Below are positions 34,324 through 51,659 of a stretch of 64,000 nucleotides of DNA, one piece after another (position 1 is the stretch's first letter; every line of letters begins with the position of its first letter). A program made the translations under genes and the position numbers. Origin of the DNA: Macrostomum lignano (taxonomy: Eukaryota); NCBI GenBank assembly GCA_002269645.1, contig NIVC01003244.1, positions 1-64,000 on the forward strand, read 5' to 3'. The notes beneath the pieces were generated by a model. That model did not search any database, was not told the DNA's origin, and worked only from the letters and a program-made list of their open reading frames with translations.

Positions 34324-35749
34324 ATGAAGCTCTGGGTAATAACTAAACTGATTGTCGCCTCGGCTACCATTGCCGCTGTGGCTGTGCTGATGGCAGCTTC
34401 GGCCGCTGCAAGCTTTGACAACCCTGAGCAGGAGGGTGAGCGATTGAATTGAAATTGGTGCATGCCTTGTCCGTTTGCTAAAATGCAATTATGTTGCAGA
34501 CTGTTTAGCATTGAGCCAACACCCCAACCCCCAGTTCATTGAGCCAACACCCCAACCTCAGTTCATTCAGCCAACACCCCACTCAGTTCATGCAACCAAC
34601 ACCCCACCCAGTTCATTGAGCCAACACGGCCCAACCCAAGTTCATTGAGCCAACACCCCAACCCGGGTTCATTGAGCCAATACCAACCCCCAGTTCATTG
34701 AGCCAACACCCCAACCCCCAGTTCATTGAGCCAATACCAACCCCCAGTTCATTGAGCCAACACCCCACCCAGTTCATTGAGCCAACACCCCAACCCCCAG
34801 TTCATTGAGCCAATACCAACCCCCAGTTCATTGAGCCAATACCAACCCCCAGTTCATTGAGCCAATACCAACCCCCAGTTCATTGAGCCAATACCAACCC
34901 CCAGTTCATTGAGCCAATACCAACCCCCAGTTCATTGAGCCAACACCCCAACCCCCAGTTCATTGAGCCAACACCCCAACCCCCAGTTCATTGAGCCAAT
35001 ACCAACCCCAGTTCATTGAGCCAATACCAACCCCCAGTTCATTGAGCCAATACCAACCCCCAGTTCATTGAGCCAATACCAACCCCCAGTTCATTGAGCC
35101 AATACCAACCCCCAGTTCATTGAGCCAACACCCCACCCAGTTCATTGAGCCAACACGGCCCAACCCCAGTTCATTGAGCCAACACGGCCCAACCCCAGTT
35201 CATTGAGCCAACACGGCCCAACCCCAGTTCATTGAGCCAACACGGCCCAATCCCAGTTCATTGAGCCAACACCCCAACCCCCAGTTCATTGAGCCAATAC
35301 CAACCCCAAGTTCATTGAGCCAACACCCCACGCCATCAACCCTGCTTTTATCAGTAGCGCCATTGACTCCTACCACCTATTATCTTGTTATCAGTTGCAC
35401 TTAACACGCTCTCCCCAAATTAACTACATGTATAAAACTTATCAATTCCTTTAGTACATATAGGTGGTGTAGAGATATTCCTTTACTTTAACTACAAGCA
35501 ACCCATTTTCGTCTCCAACTCTCCCAATCTCTCAAAAACACTCCAGACCGATCATCCACGCCTGTGATACCTGACTACTCCAACCTGCCGCTTCATCAAG
35601 AGGCTGTTTACAAGCGCGGCATCGAGCTGCCTGGAAATATTCATTGTTGCGTCAACGGCATCGCCGGATGCTGTCGACGAAAACGCAGAATCCGCCGACG
35701 CCGAAGTTTCGACGATCAGTTGGAGTTCGACGCGAACCAACTGCCGTGA
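34324..35749 (+). CDS. Secreted peptide/neuropeptide prohormone, 2 exons, 104 aa
   Basis: Exon 1 34324-34435 (MKLWVITKLIVASATIAAVAVLMAASAAA signal peptide; donor G|GTGAGC, phase 1) and exon 2 35547-35749 (acceptor ACACTCCAG) join in frame. Contains KR-GIELPGNIHCCVNGIAGCC-RRKRR; AATAAA ~95 bp after the stop. Confidence 0.8.
34510..35335. repeat. 26-29-bp minisatellite CAGTTCATTGAGCCAA(T/C)ACC(C)CAACCCC in the prohormone intron
   Basis: About 30 tandem units. Confidence 0.9.
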
Positions 35750-37749
35750 GCTTATAATTAGCTGCCGATAAATGAATGAAACAACTCAAGCGCTGACCAA
35801 AACTTTAAAATGGCCGTGAGTTTGTTTTATTTTGTTTGTTAAATAAACTGTGACATAGGAAATATATGATTGCGCCGCCAATCCGGTCAAGACCTTTTTG
35901 ATTTGGTCATCTGCAAGGATTTATTAATAAATGGATTTAAAGAGTTTTTTAGTCAATATTTTTATGAAGTTCAAATAATTGGTATTTTTTCAAATAATTC
36001 AAATAATTTGGTTTTCGCCAAAAGATTTGCAATTATCTGGAAGAAAGACGGTTAAATTTCTTTTATCTGCTTCAATGCTAAAGGAATTAAATATTCGAAA
36101 AACGAGTTCTCCCTATGCTTTTAATAGAAGGCCACACCAAATTGAATTCTTGACTGGCTGAATTCCAATTCCAAAAATGATTGCGCCACAACCTTTGTCT
36201 CTTCACTGTATAGGCCCCAATACTGGCTGCAGTGTGCAAAGAGAGAAAAAAATATCAGTGGCTGCGTGTGTACATTCTGACCCTGGCTGACTGCAAGGGG
36301 GACTGCAAAGACAATTGCTATTTCATTTAACTGTGCATTGGCTCTGCCGAAGTGCCGAAGCATACATATGTGGCTGATTTTATCTCCAATCAGTAGGCGG
36401 AGTAGCCGCGCCGTAGGTACTAGGACTAGGTTTAGGCTAGACGTAAGGTCCAATGTTCGATTCCCGGCGGACAAATAAAATTGAATTAAATCAACTATTG
36501 GTAGCCTGTGCATCGACTGATTGCAAATTTTTTTGATTAAATAGCAAATAAATTATCTTTATTAATTAGCAATTAATTATTTTTGCTACTCAAGACAAGC
36601 CGCTAAGCAAATTTGATTTGTAAAAAAACTGCTTCGAGTATTACTGATCCCATCAATGTGTACTGCCTAGCTCCATGAAAGTTTGAAATTGCTAAACTGC
36701 AGACGATGCTCCGAGACTGCTGAAGGTATTGCTAAATGCTGGGTTGTGCAAAAGACTGCCGATATGTATCGAAAATTGATTAGTGAGCCGTACAATGCCG
36801 AGCAAATTTCTGGATTATTGAAAGGATCATTGCAGTTTGCTGAGGATACTGAGGAGCTTGCTGAGAGGAGAACTGCAGACTGCTGAGAGGATGAATGAGA
36901 ATTGTTAAGGGAACAGTTGTAGACTGCAAATGGAATGACTGCAGACTGCTGAGGGGAACTGCAGATTGTCGAAGGGGTCATTCATGCAGACCTTCCAGAC
37001 TTATGAGCGCTGCTGAAGGGATAACTATCTACAGAGTTATTAGTGGATAATAACTGTGAAGGATTAAATGCAAGTTGTTGAGGGGATTACTGCGGACTGC
37101 TAAGTGAATTATTGTAGTCTGCTGAGAGGACAATTCTAGGCCGCTGAGGGTATAAATGCTTAATGTTAATGAAAGTTTTAGACTGCAAAGTAGATAAAAT
37201 ACAGACTGCCAAGAGATTACTGCAGTCTGTTTTGCGGGATTAGATGAAGGGATAATTTCAGGTTGTTGTGGAGATTTCTGGGGGTTCACTTCAAACTGCT
37301 GAAGTTACTAAACTTCTTGAATAGTGAGGTTTATTTCGACCATATCTGTCATTAAAAACGATAGCCGCGTTGTAGGCAGGCAGTAACAGGCATAGACTGA
37401 AGGTCGGCAGTTCGAGCCTGCATTGAAGCAACGGATTTATTTCTGAGACCTGTGACAGTATTTACGGTCTCCTATGCAGATTCATGCAGATTTTTAACAT
37501 TTAAAGTTAAATATACTTTTGCTGGGGCTGCGTTAATCTTCTAGAGCAGTGCTAATCTGATGTAAGTGCTAATTTGCAGGAGGTATCACTAATCTGGGTG
37601 AGCAGCGCTAATCGGGGAGAGCAGTGCTAATCTGACGTACAATGAAGTAATAAATATGCAAGAGGATTGCAAATCAATTTCAAGTGGTTTCGATTATTGA
37701 GAAACATGTAGATTAGCGGCCATCTACTCACTGATTGAGCGAAACAGTG

Positions 37750-38275
37750 CTGGTGAACCATTGCTAAACTGCTGGTGAAGCATTGCTAAACTGCTGGTGA
37801 AGCATTGCTAAACTGCTGGTGAAGCATTGCTAAACTGCTGGTGAACCATTGCTAAACTGCTGGTGAACCATTGCTAAACTGCTGGTGAACCATTGCTAAA
37901 CTGCTGGTGAAGCATTGCTAAACTGCTGGTGAAGCATTGCTAAACTGCTGGTGATCCATTGCTAAACTGCTGGTGAAGCATTGCTAAACTGCTGGTGAAG
38001 CATTGCTAAACTGCTGGTGAAGCATTGCTAAACTGCTGGTGAAGCATTGCTAAACTGCTGGTGAAGCATTGCTAAACTGCTGGTGAAGCATTGCTAAACT
38101 GCTGGTGAAGCATTGCTAAACTGCTGGTGAAGCATTGCTAAACTGCTGGTGAAGCATTGCTAAACTGCTGGTGAAGCATTGCTAAACTGCTGGTGAAGCA
38201 TTGCTAAACTGCTGGTGAAGCATTGCTAAACTGCTGGTGAAGCATTGCTAAACTGCTGATAAACAGTTGCTAAAG
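37750..38275. repeat. 22-bp minisatellite CTGCTGGTGAAGCATTGCTAAA, ~24 copies
   Basis: Near-perfect tandem array. Confidence 0.95.
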
Positions 38276-38399
38276 CGATGATAAACCACTTTAATTTTTT
38301 AATAACAACTTCTTTTAAAGAGAAGAAAACTCAACGCAAGAAAAAGCGAGAAAGAATCACGATGCCAGCCATAACAACAGAAGCAGCCTGACGAGCATA

Positions 38400-39700
38400 A
38401 AACACTCATTGGGAATTGCTGAGATGTCAGGGCTGGTATGGGAAATTGCTTTGATGTCAAGACTCATGGGAGAATTTCTGAGATGTCAAGGCTCAGAGGG
38501 AATTGCTATAACGATGTGATTCTGAGGAGAATTGCTTTGATTTCAAGTTTCGTTTGTGAAATTGCTGAGTTATAAAGGCTCATTGGAAAATTGCTTTGCT
38601 GTCAAGGCTCATGGGGATAATTACTGCATGGAATGCTGTGGCTGTTGGGGGAATTTCCGAGATTGTTAGGGTAAGGTAGGGTTAAACCATAAATTAATTG
38701 GCCTGTCAAACATAAAAGACTCATTGAGAAATGTCTTAGGCTCATGGGGAGATATCTGAAATATGCTCAATGCATATACTGTGGCTCAATGCTCAGGGGA
38801 ATTTCTGCGATTGCGAAACATGGGGATATGGCTCAAATAGGAGTTGCTGAGATATCAAGGCTCATTGGGTACATGCTGTACGCTGTGGCTCTTGAGGGAA
38901 TGGGGTATTGCTGAGATGCTAAGGTTCACAGGAGACTGGCTGAGATGTCAAAGGCTCATAAAAGAATGGCTGAAATTCACGAAATATCAAGGTTCATTGG
39001 GTAATTGCTGAAATGCTGTGGTTCATGGTGAGAATTGCTGAAATGCTGTGACTTGGCAGGTTTTAGGGTTAGGGTTCAACCATGCATAAGACTCATGTAA
39101 ATTGCCAAGATATCAAAAGGTTAGTTGCTAAATTTTCAGGCTCATGGGGAAATTGCTAAGATTTCAAATGCTCATTAGGAAATTTCTGAAACTCTTGGGC
39201 TGAGAGGGAGTTGCTGAAATGCTGTGACTGGGCTGGAGGTTAAGGGTTATGGTAGGGTTCAATTATAAAACAATCTTCGTGTCAACCATAAGGAATTCAT
39301 GGAGGAATTGCCTTTAAAGGCTCATGGGGGAATTGCTAAGATGCCAAGACTCACTTATGGGTTAGGGTTAGGGTTAGGGTCAGTTTTGCTTCAACCATAG
39401 AATAACCGCTCTGTCAATCCTATTTGCTAAACTTGCTAAGTCAAACTTGCTAAGATAGAATTGCTAAGATATCAAGGCTCATGGGGCAATCGCTGAGTTG
39501 CCATGAAGAAATTCATGAAGAAATTGGTGAGATATTAAGGCTCACAATTAGGGGATTGCTGAGTTTTTGAGGGGGGGGAGGGGAGTTGGGTTGTTGGGAT
39601 GTCAAGGCTTACTGGGCTGGGAGAATGGCTGAGATGTCAAGGCTCAAATATAATTGCTGCGATGCCGAGGCTTACTGAGGAAATTTCTGAGATGTCAATG
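38400..39700. repeat. Highly diverged satellite related to the 41185-42385 unit (GCTCATGGGGAATTGCTGAGATGTCAAG)
   Basis: Recurrent AATTGCTGAGATG(T/C)CAA and CTCATGGGG motifs. Confidence 0.65.
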
Positions 39701-40274
39701 TTGTAAAGTGAGTGTACTCACTGGTTTGTTTTGCTAGTCAGTGACTGGAGGTAAGGGAATGCGATGTACATGCGCGCTCTGGTTGTATACGTACATGCGT
39801 TCTCGATTAAATATAAAAGTAACTCCACCCTTTGAATTTGTTTTTCTGGACTAAACCTGACTGGCTTGTCTCTCGCTCACTACACACAGTCTCTGAATTT
39901 CTGAGATGTCAAGGCTCGAGTTTAATTGCTGCGATGTGCGATGTACGAGCTATAATTATATCAAAACTGGCTTGGTGTGAGTGTTGAATTATAAGTGCTA
40001 CAAATTCATGATATCAAAACGATGAGAGCTAGCCTAGAGGTGAACAGACTGAACTGTTAATGCAGCGATGTGGGTTTGAATTTTCAGAGCGTCATGTCAG
40101 GCATTAAATGAGCGTCACGTCAGGCATTAAATGAGTTTCATGTCAGGCATTATATAAGCGTCATGTCAGGCATAAAATAAACGTCATTCTATACATAGAT
40201 CTACAAGCTCGAAGTTTGTGCAGCGTATCAATGTGCTCAAATAGATTTTTGTGTTTGCAATTTTCGTGGTGTTT

Positions 40275-40485
40275 ATCAGTAGGTTATCAATGTGTTTAGC
40301 AGTAGGTTATCAAAATGTTTAGCAGTAGGTTATCAAAATGTTTAGCAGTAGGTTATCAAGGTGTTTAGCTGTAGGTTATCAAGGTGTTTAGCAGTAGGTT
40401 ATCAAGGTGTTTAGCAGTAGGTTATCAAAATGTTTAGCAGTAGGTTATCAAGGTGTTTAGCAGTAGGTTATCAAGGTGTTTAACG
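40275..40485. repeat. 23-bp minisatellite TTTAGCAGTAGGTTATCAA(AA/GG)TG, ~9 copies
   Basis: Direct reading. Confidence 0.85.
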
Positions 40486-41184
40486 TCACAGAAATGTTTA
40501 AGTGTCCGGTTTGTGTACTGGAAAGCTTGATGCGACGAACATACTCGTAGTTTTTATAATGAGCATTAGCCACTAATTGACGTCAATTATTCCTTGTGCG
40601 ATAAGCTAGCTCGTACCATTCTTATATATCTGTACACGTACTCAGGTTATGTTCCAACCCTCCACTCAGACTGAGTCAACATGGAAGCGTCGCATTACTT
40701 TAAAAAAAATGAAATCCTTTCGAATCAAAGCTAATCGGGTCAAATTTCAGCAATTAAATTTTTGCAAATCATACGATCTGGTACAGACGAGCAGACGAAT
40801 CAGGACACTTCTGCGCAGGTGTGCTTGCACTAGGATTCTGTATTTCTCGAATTTCTTGCAGAAACTGATGAAGAAGTCAGTTTTATTTAGATACGCTTGA
40901 ACTAAGCATATAAAGCAACTATATATGTAATACATGGGGACACTCAGGTTCTTACCGAGGCTTGGCAGTTGATTTTGGCGCACATTCTTCATTGATTTTA
41001 ACGCCATTTGTCATGGATTTTAACGCCATTTGTCATGGATTTTGGCACCATTTGTCATGGGTTTTAGCGCTATATACATAATTGATTTTGGCGCCATTTG
41101 TTATTGATTTAAGCGCCCTTGAAGTTTCCAGACCGCGACGCTCTTACTAACGACGACGTCGTTATTTAGTCAACGACGAAATTT

Positions 41185-42385
41185 CTTAGATGCCAAAAAT
41201 TGACTCAATGGGGAGTTGCTGAGATGCCAATTGACTCAATGGGGAGTTGCTGAGATGCCAATTGACTCAATGGGGAGTTGCTGAGATGCCAATTGACTCA
41301 ATGGGGGAGTTGCTGAGATGCCAATTGACTCAATGGGGGAGTCGCTGAGATGCCAATTGACTCAATGGGGGAGTTGCTGAGATGCCAATTGACTCAATGG
41401 GGGAGTTGCTGAGATGCCAATTGACTCAATGGGGGAGTTGCTGAGATGCCAATTGACTCAATGGGGAGTTGCTGAGATGCCAATTGACTCAATGGGGGAG
41501 TTGCTGAGATGCCAATTGACTCAATGGGGGAGTTTCTGAGATGCCAATTGACTCAATGGGGAGTTGCTGAGATGCCAATTGACTCAATGGGGAGTTGCTG
41601 AGATGCCAATTGACTCAATGGGGGAGTTGCTGAGATGCCAATTGACTCAATGGGGGAGTTGCTGAGATGCCAATTGACTCAATGGGGAGTTGCTGAGATG
41701 CCAATTGACTCAATGGGGGAGTTGCTGAGATGCCAATTGACTCAATGGGGAGTTGCTGAGATGCCAATTGACTCAATGGGGGAGTTGCTGAGATGCCAAT
41801 TGACTCAATGGGGAGTTGCTGAGATGCCAATTGACTCAATGGGGGAGTTGCTGAGATGCCAATTGACTCAATGGGGGAGTTGCTGAGATGCCAATTGACT
41901 CAATGGGGAGTTGCTGAGATGCCAATTGACTCAATGGGGGAGTTTCTGAGATGCCAATTGACTCAATGGGGGAGTTGCTGAGATGCCAATTGACTCAATG
42001 GGGGAGTTGCAGAGATGCCAATTGACTCAATGGGGAGTTGCTGAGATGCCAATTGACTCAATGGGGGAGTTGCTGAGATGCCAATTGACTCAATGGGGGA
42101 GTTGCTGAGATGCCAATTGACTCAATGGGGAGTTGCTGAGATGCCAATTGACTCAATGGGGGAGTTGCTGAGATGCCAATTGACTCAATGGGGAGTTGCT
42201 GAGATGCCAATTGACTCAATGGGGGAGTCGCTGAGATGCCAATTGACTCAATGGGGAGTTGCTGAGATGCCAATTGACTCAATGGGGAGTTGCTGAGATG
42301 CCAATTGACTCAATGGGGGAGTTGCTGAGATGCCAATTGACTCAATGGGGAGTTGCTGAGATGCCATGGCTCACTGGGGAGTTGC
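41185..42385. repeat. 31/32-bp minisatellite GGG(G)AGTTGCTGAGATGCCAATTGACTCAATG, ~38 copies
   Basis: Homogeneous array varying mainly in G-run length. Confidence 0.95.
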
Positions 42386-42989
42386 TGGTACCGTTAGTCT
42401 AGAAATCTGGATTATCAGGTGTAATGCTTTACCCCAAGATATGAACTTAAAAATTTTAAGAAACCGACAATAATGACAATCCAAAATGATTTGCATGCAG
42501 AAACCTACAAACAATGCTGCTGAGAAGAAATTACAAGGTTAAGTTTTACCTGATGGCAAAAATAAGAAATCAACCAATTAGTTAGACAGTCGCTGAATAA
42601 AAGCCATCCTTAGTCCCAGAAGAGCTGCGCAACTCAATAAGCATAGTTAATTTCGTTAGTCTTGCATTCAATTTTAACATAATTATATATTTTCTCTGCT
42701 TTGAAAGCTTTTAGGTAGTCTGTAGAAGTGAGCCAAATTAATTAGTAATCAATTGCTAGGAAAATAAAAGCTTCATCGAATCACTAGAGACGTATTGACG
42801 CAAACTCAAACAGCGGTGCGACTTCACGGAGAATTGCAAATTTCGCTTCTCGGGACGCGACGAACTTCTACTGTCGCTTATCAGTCAGGGTTACGGATGG
42901 AAGTACATGTGGGTGGAGAGTGAGGCTGGCTTGGTGAATCAGCATAGTATCTCACTGAGCAGCATGTGCGACACGACGAAAGAGTGTAA

Positions 42990-43940
42990 GTGAGGGTAGA
43001 GTGAGAGTAGGTGAGGGTAGAGTGAGAGTAGGTGAGGGTAGAGTGAGAGTAGGTGAGGGTAGGATGAGAGTAGGTGAGGGTAGAGTGAGATAAGGTGAGG
43101 TTAGAGTGAGACAAGGGGGTGAGAAGTGAGAGTAGGGTGAGATAAGGGGGTGAGAATAGGTGAGGGTAGGGTGAGATTAGGGGGTGAGAATAGGCGAGGG
43201 TAGGGTGAGAGTAGGTGAGGGTAGGGTGAGAGTAGGTGAGGGCAGGATGAGAGTAGGTGAGGGTAGAGTGAGATAAGGTGAGGTTAGAGTGAGAAAAGGG
43301 GGTGAGAAGTGAGAGTAGGGTGAGATAAGGGGGTGAGAATAGGTGAGGGTAGGGTGAGATTAGGGGGTGAGAATAGGCGAGGGTAGGGTGAGAGTAGGTG
43401 AGGGTAGGGTGAGAGTAGGTGAGGGCAGGATGAGAGTAGGTGAGGGTAGAGTGAGATAAGGTGAGGTTAGAGTGAGACAAGGGGGTGAGAAGTGAGAGTA
43501 GGGTGAGATAAGGGGGTGAGAATAGGTGAGGGTAGGGTGAGATTAGGGGGTGAGAATAGGCGAGGGTAGGGTGAGAGTAGGTGAGGGTAGAGTGAGAGTA
43601 GGTGAGGGCAGGATGTGAGTAGGTGAGGGTAGAGTGAGATAAGGCGAGGTTAGAGTGAGACAAGGGGGTGAGAAGTGAGAGTAGGGTGAGATAAGGGGGT
43701 GAGAATAGGTGAGGGTAGGGTGAGATTAGGGGGTGAGAATAGGTGAGGGTAGGGTGAGATTAGGGGGTGAGAATAGGTGAGAGTAGGGTGAGATTAGGGG
43801 GTGAGAATAGGTGAGGGTAGGGTGAGATTAGGGGGTGAGAATAGGTGAGGGTAGGGTGAGATTAGGGTTTGAGAAGTGAGGGTACGGTGAGATTAGGGGG
43901 TGAGAGTAGGTGAGGGTAGGGTGAGAGTAGGAGGTAGGGT
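42990..43940. repeat. Purine-rich 18-bp satellite (GAGAGTAGGTGAGGGTAG...) with 183-bp higher-order repeat
   Basis: Block TAGAGTGAGATAAGG recurs at ~43081, 43264, 43447 and 43630. Confidence 0.9.
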
Positions 43941-44754
43941 CAGACTGATGAAGCAAGTAACAGTGCCAAATCAAAGGCGGTTGTTACCTCACCCGCAGCA
44001 GTGAAGTCCTACCAAAAAAATTGTTATGATTTATAATGCGCAGCCAGCTGAGAATTTAACGACTTTCGCGTACACGCAAAATGAGCGTCGCCTGCGAGTT
44101 AATACCCAAATTTGAGCGCGTAAAACAGGTCTTTGAATCCATCGATTCCCGAATCAGGGACAGCACAGCCGCCAGGGCTTAGCGAAGGATTATTGCCTAG
44201 CATATGAAGCTGCACAACAAGCAGAGGCATTAAAGACACTGACGCACAGTGATAAAAATTTCCCCACAAATTTAGAGAAAGTGATCTTTTTAATCCCCAT
44301 ATTTTCGGGCATAAAAGTGCTTGTCAATGATTTGGAAAACAACAATAAAAAGCTTTAGTAAATTTATTGAGAAAGTAGTTATTAACATTGTTGTTGTTGG
44401 TTGCTGTGCAAGCAGAGAGGCGTGTTGCTGAGATAAATAACATAAAATAAATTTATACTTATATTTGATTAAACAATCAATTATATTGCTATACTAATAA
44501 ATATACTAATATTGATTATACTTCAACAGTATTTAATAAACAAATATGAAAACACAAATGGTGACCTTGAGTGTCGGGTAGGTCAGATGTGAAGGATGAA
44601 AAGCTCATTGTTTAGTTGATTGATAGGAGCGTAGCTAATAAGCGCAACTAATATCTAAGATTGAGTATTAAATTGTTGCAGTGAGACGACTTGGGGTGTT
44701 AATTATGAATGATTGTTCGATAGCTGTCTGTAAAATTGCGGATTAAGAAGCAGG

Positions 44755-45135
44755 GTGAGATCAAGAGCGAGTGAGAAGTGGGGTGAGATCAAGAGTGAGC
44801 GAGAAGTAGGGTGAGATCAAGAGTGAGCGAGAAGTAGGGTGAGATCAAGAGCGAGTGAGAAGTGGGGTGAGATCAAGAATGAGTGAGAAGTAGGGTGAGA
44901 TCAAGAGTGAGCGAGAAGTAGGGTGAGATCAAGAGTGAGCGAGAAGTAGGGTGAGATCAAGAGTGAGCGAGAAATAGGGTGAGATCAAGAGTGAGCGAGA
45001 AGTAGGGTGAGATCAAGAGTGAGCGAGAAGTAGGGTGAGATCAAGAGTGAGCGAGAAATAGGGTGAGATCAAGAGTGAGCGAGATTGCGAGACGTAGGGT
45101 GAGATCAAGGGTGAGCGAGAAGTAGGGTGAGAAGC
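44755..45135. repeat. 28-bp minisatellite GTAGGGTGAGATCAAGAGTGAGCGAGAA, ~13 copies
   Basis: Direct reading. Confidence 0.9.
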
Positions 45136-45681
45136 TCCTGTCACCAGGATATTAACAAAAATTGAAATTAAATATAGGGGAAAATACATAAAACGTTTTA
45201 GGAATCCGAACAAATTCAAAGCGGGCAAGCAAGCAGTCAGTATATATATTTAAATATGACAAATAAAATAGCAAAAGAAAAAACACGAAAGAGTATTGAC
45301 TCACAATATGAAAATGTTTTGTATAATTTCCATTTGGTTTTTTTGAAAGGCAAATTTTGAAGTTCAAACAAAAATTAACAGGCTCATTTGTTATGAAAAC
45401 CGTAGGATTCGAGTCTGGGACTTAACTATTGAAGCAGCAGCCTGTTCTCAAGTCTAAGCGCAGTCACCGTACAAGCATACATAAAGCACTGCAGTATATA
45501 ACACGTACATGCAAAATAGAAGTCAAATTATCAATCAAAGTGCATTAAGCCTGGCTGACAATAGGAGATAAAAATGATTAAGTATAATATATAATATTAA
45601 GCGACTGTCATTCTGTCTGATTAATTTTTTTTGCAATCTTTTATTTAAAGCGCTTAAAGTACTCAAGATTTTGCCAACTAC

Positions 45682-50188
<4,507 letters not shown>

Positions 50189-50209
50189 CTAGAATTGCCA
50201 CTCCCTGAG

Positions 50210-50950
50210 TCGATGGTCATACACTGAAATCCCATGGTCATACACTGAAATCCTATGGTCATACACTGAAATCCCATGGTCATACACTGAAATCCCATGG
50301 TCATACACTGAAATCCCATGGTCATACACTGAAATCCCATGGTCATACACTGAAATCCCATGGTCATACACTGAAATCCCATGGTCATACACTGAAATCC
50401 CATGGTCATACACTGAAATCCCATGGTCATACACTAAAATCCCATGGTCATACACTGCAATCCTATGGTCATACACTGAAATTCTATAGTCATACACTGA
50501 AATCCCATGGTCATACACTAAAATCTCATGGTCATACACTAAAATCCCATGGTCATACACTGCAATCCCATGGTCATACACTGTAATTCCATGGTCATAC
50601 ACTGAAATCCCATGGTCATACACTGTAATTCCATGGTCATACACTGAAATCCCATGGTTATACACTGAAATCCTATGGTCACACACTGAAATCCCATGAT
50701 TATACACTGAAATCCCATGGTCATACACTGAAATTCTATGGTCATACACTGAAATCCCATGGTCATACACTGAAATACTATGGTCATACACTGAAATCCC
50801 ATGGTCATACACTGAAATCCCATGGTCATACACTGAAACCCCATGGTCATACACTGAAATCCTATGGTCATACACTGAAACCCCATGGTCATACACTAAA
50901 ATCCCATGGTCATACACTAAAATCCCATGGTCATACACTGAAATCCTATT
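50210..50950. repeat. 21-bp minisatellite TCATACACTGAAATCCCATGG, ~35 copies
   Basis: Array ~180 bp upstream of the Ral ATG. Confidence 0.95.
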
Positions 50951-51659
50951 GATAACAGGTGAAATTTAAAAAGTAATAAAGACAAAACGTTTTATTTTTA
51001 GATCGAAGGAACAAAGCAAAATAAAACACATGCATCTTTTGTTTATAGAAATTATTTTCAAAATGCTTAACGACATTTTAAATACGATAACAAAAGTACA
51101 TACGTATACATAATATACAGAAATCTATTGTGTATCTATTGTATATAATAAGAAAGCACATTGACGACAAAAAAACTCGTTACAAACTATAAAATGACTG
51201 CTACTTTAAATATATGCATTGCGCTAATTACTATGAAATTATATATAAACATACAACAAGAAAATCTAAATAATTAACATTGATTTTATCATACACACAG
51301 ATATAGTACATGTAGACACTATATTCTCAACTACTTAAAAAGTATTATTATGGCTTCAACTATTAGAACGACAATTATATCACATGGGAATTGTATAGGT
51401 TTATTCAACGGTTGAAAAACCATGACAGAAGTTTTTGTCAATTCTCTTCCAAACGGAGACCCATCAGTGTCCCGGATTTTAAAGAAAATTCTGGCTTAAA
51501 ACTTAAAAATTAAACATTAAATTTCTGCCGAGATCTGCTGAGATTCGCCATTGATATTTCGTATCATCAATGACAGCATCCACTACTATAAAAAGCTTGA
51601 AACCAATTCATCTGCTTTAGGTATCGATTTTTCTGAGATCCAAGATTATAACGATCACA

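Noticed and set aside
34260-35740. Minus-strand ORFs 34260-34511 and 35552-35740
   Set aside because: They are antisense shadows of the prohormone exons.
42796-44120. Selenoprotein or TGA=Trp recoding for the in-frame TGAs
   Set aside because: No SECIS identified and no selenoprotein motif; neighbouring genes use TGA as stop. Decay or chance is simpler.
36395-45470. tRNA-like fragments near 36400-36470, 37365-37425, 40030-40080 and 45400-45470
   Set aside because: Only T-loop/B-box-like motifs; I could not fold a full cloverleaf. Probably decayed SINE heads; tRNAscan-SE would decide.
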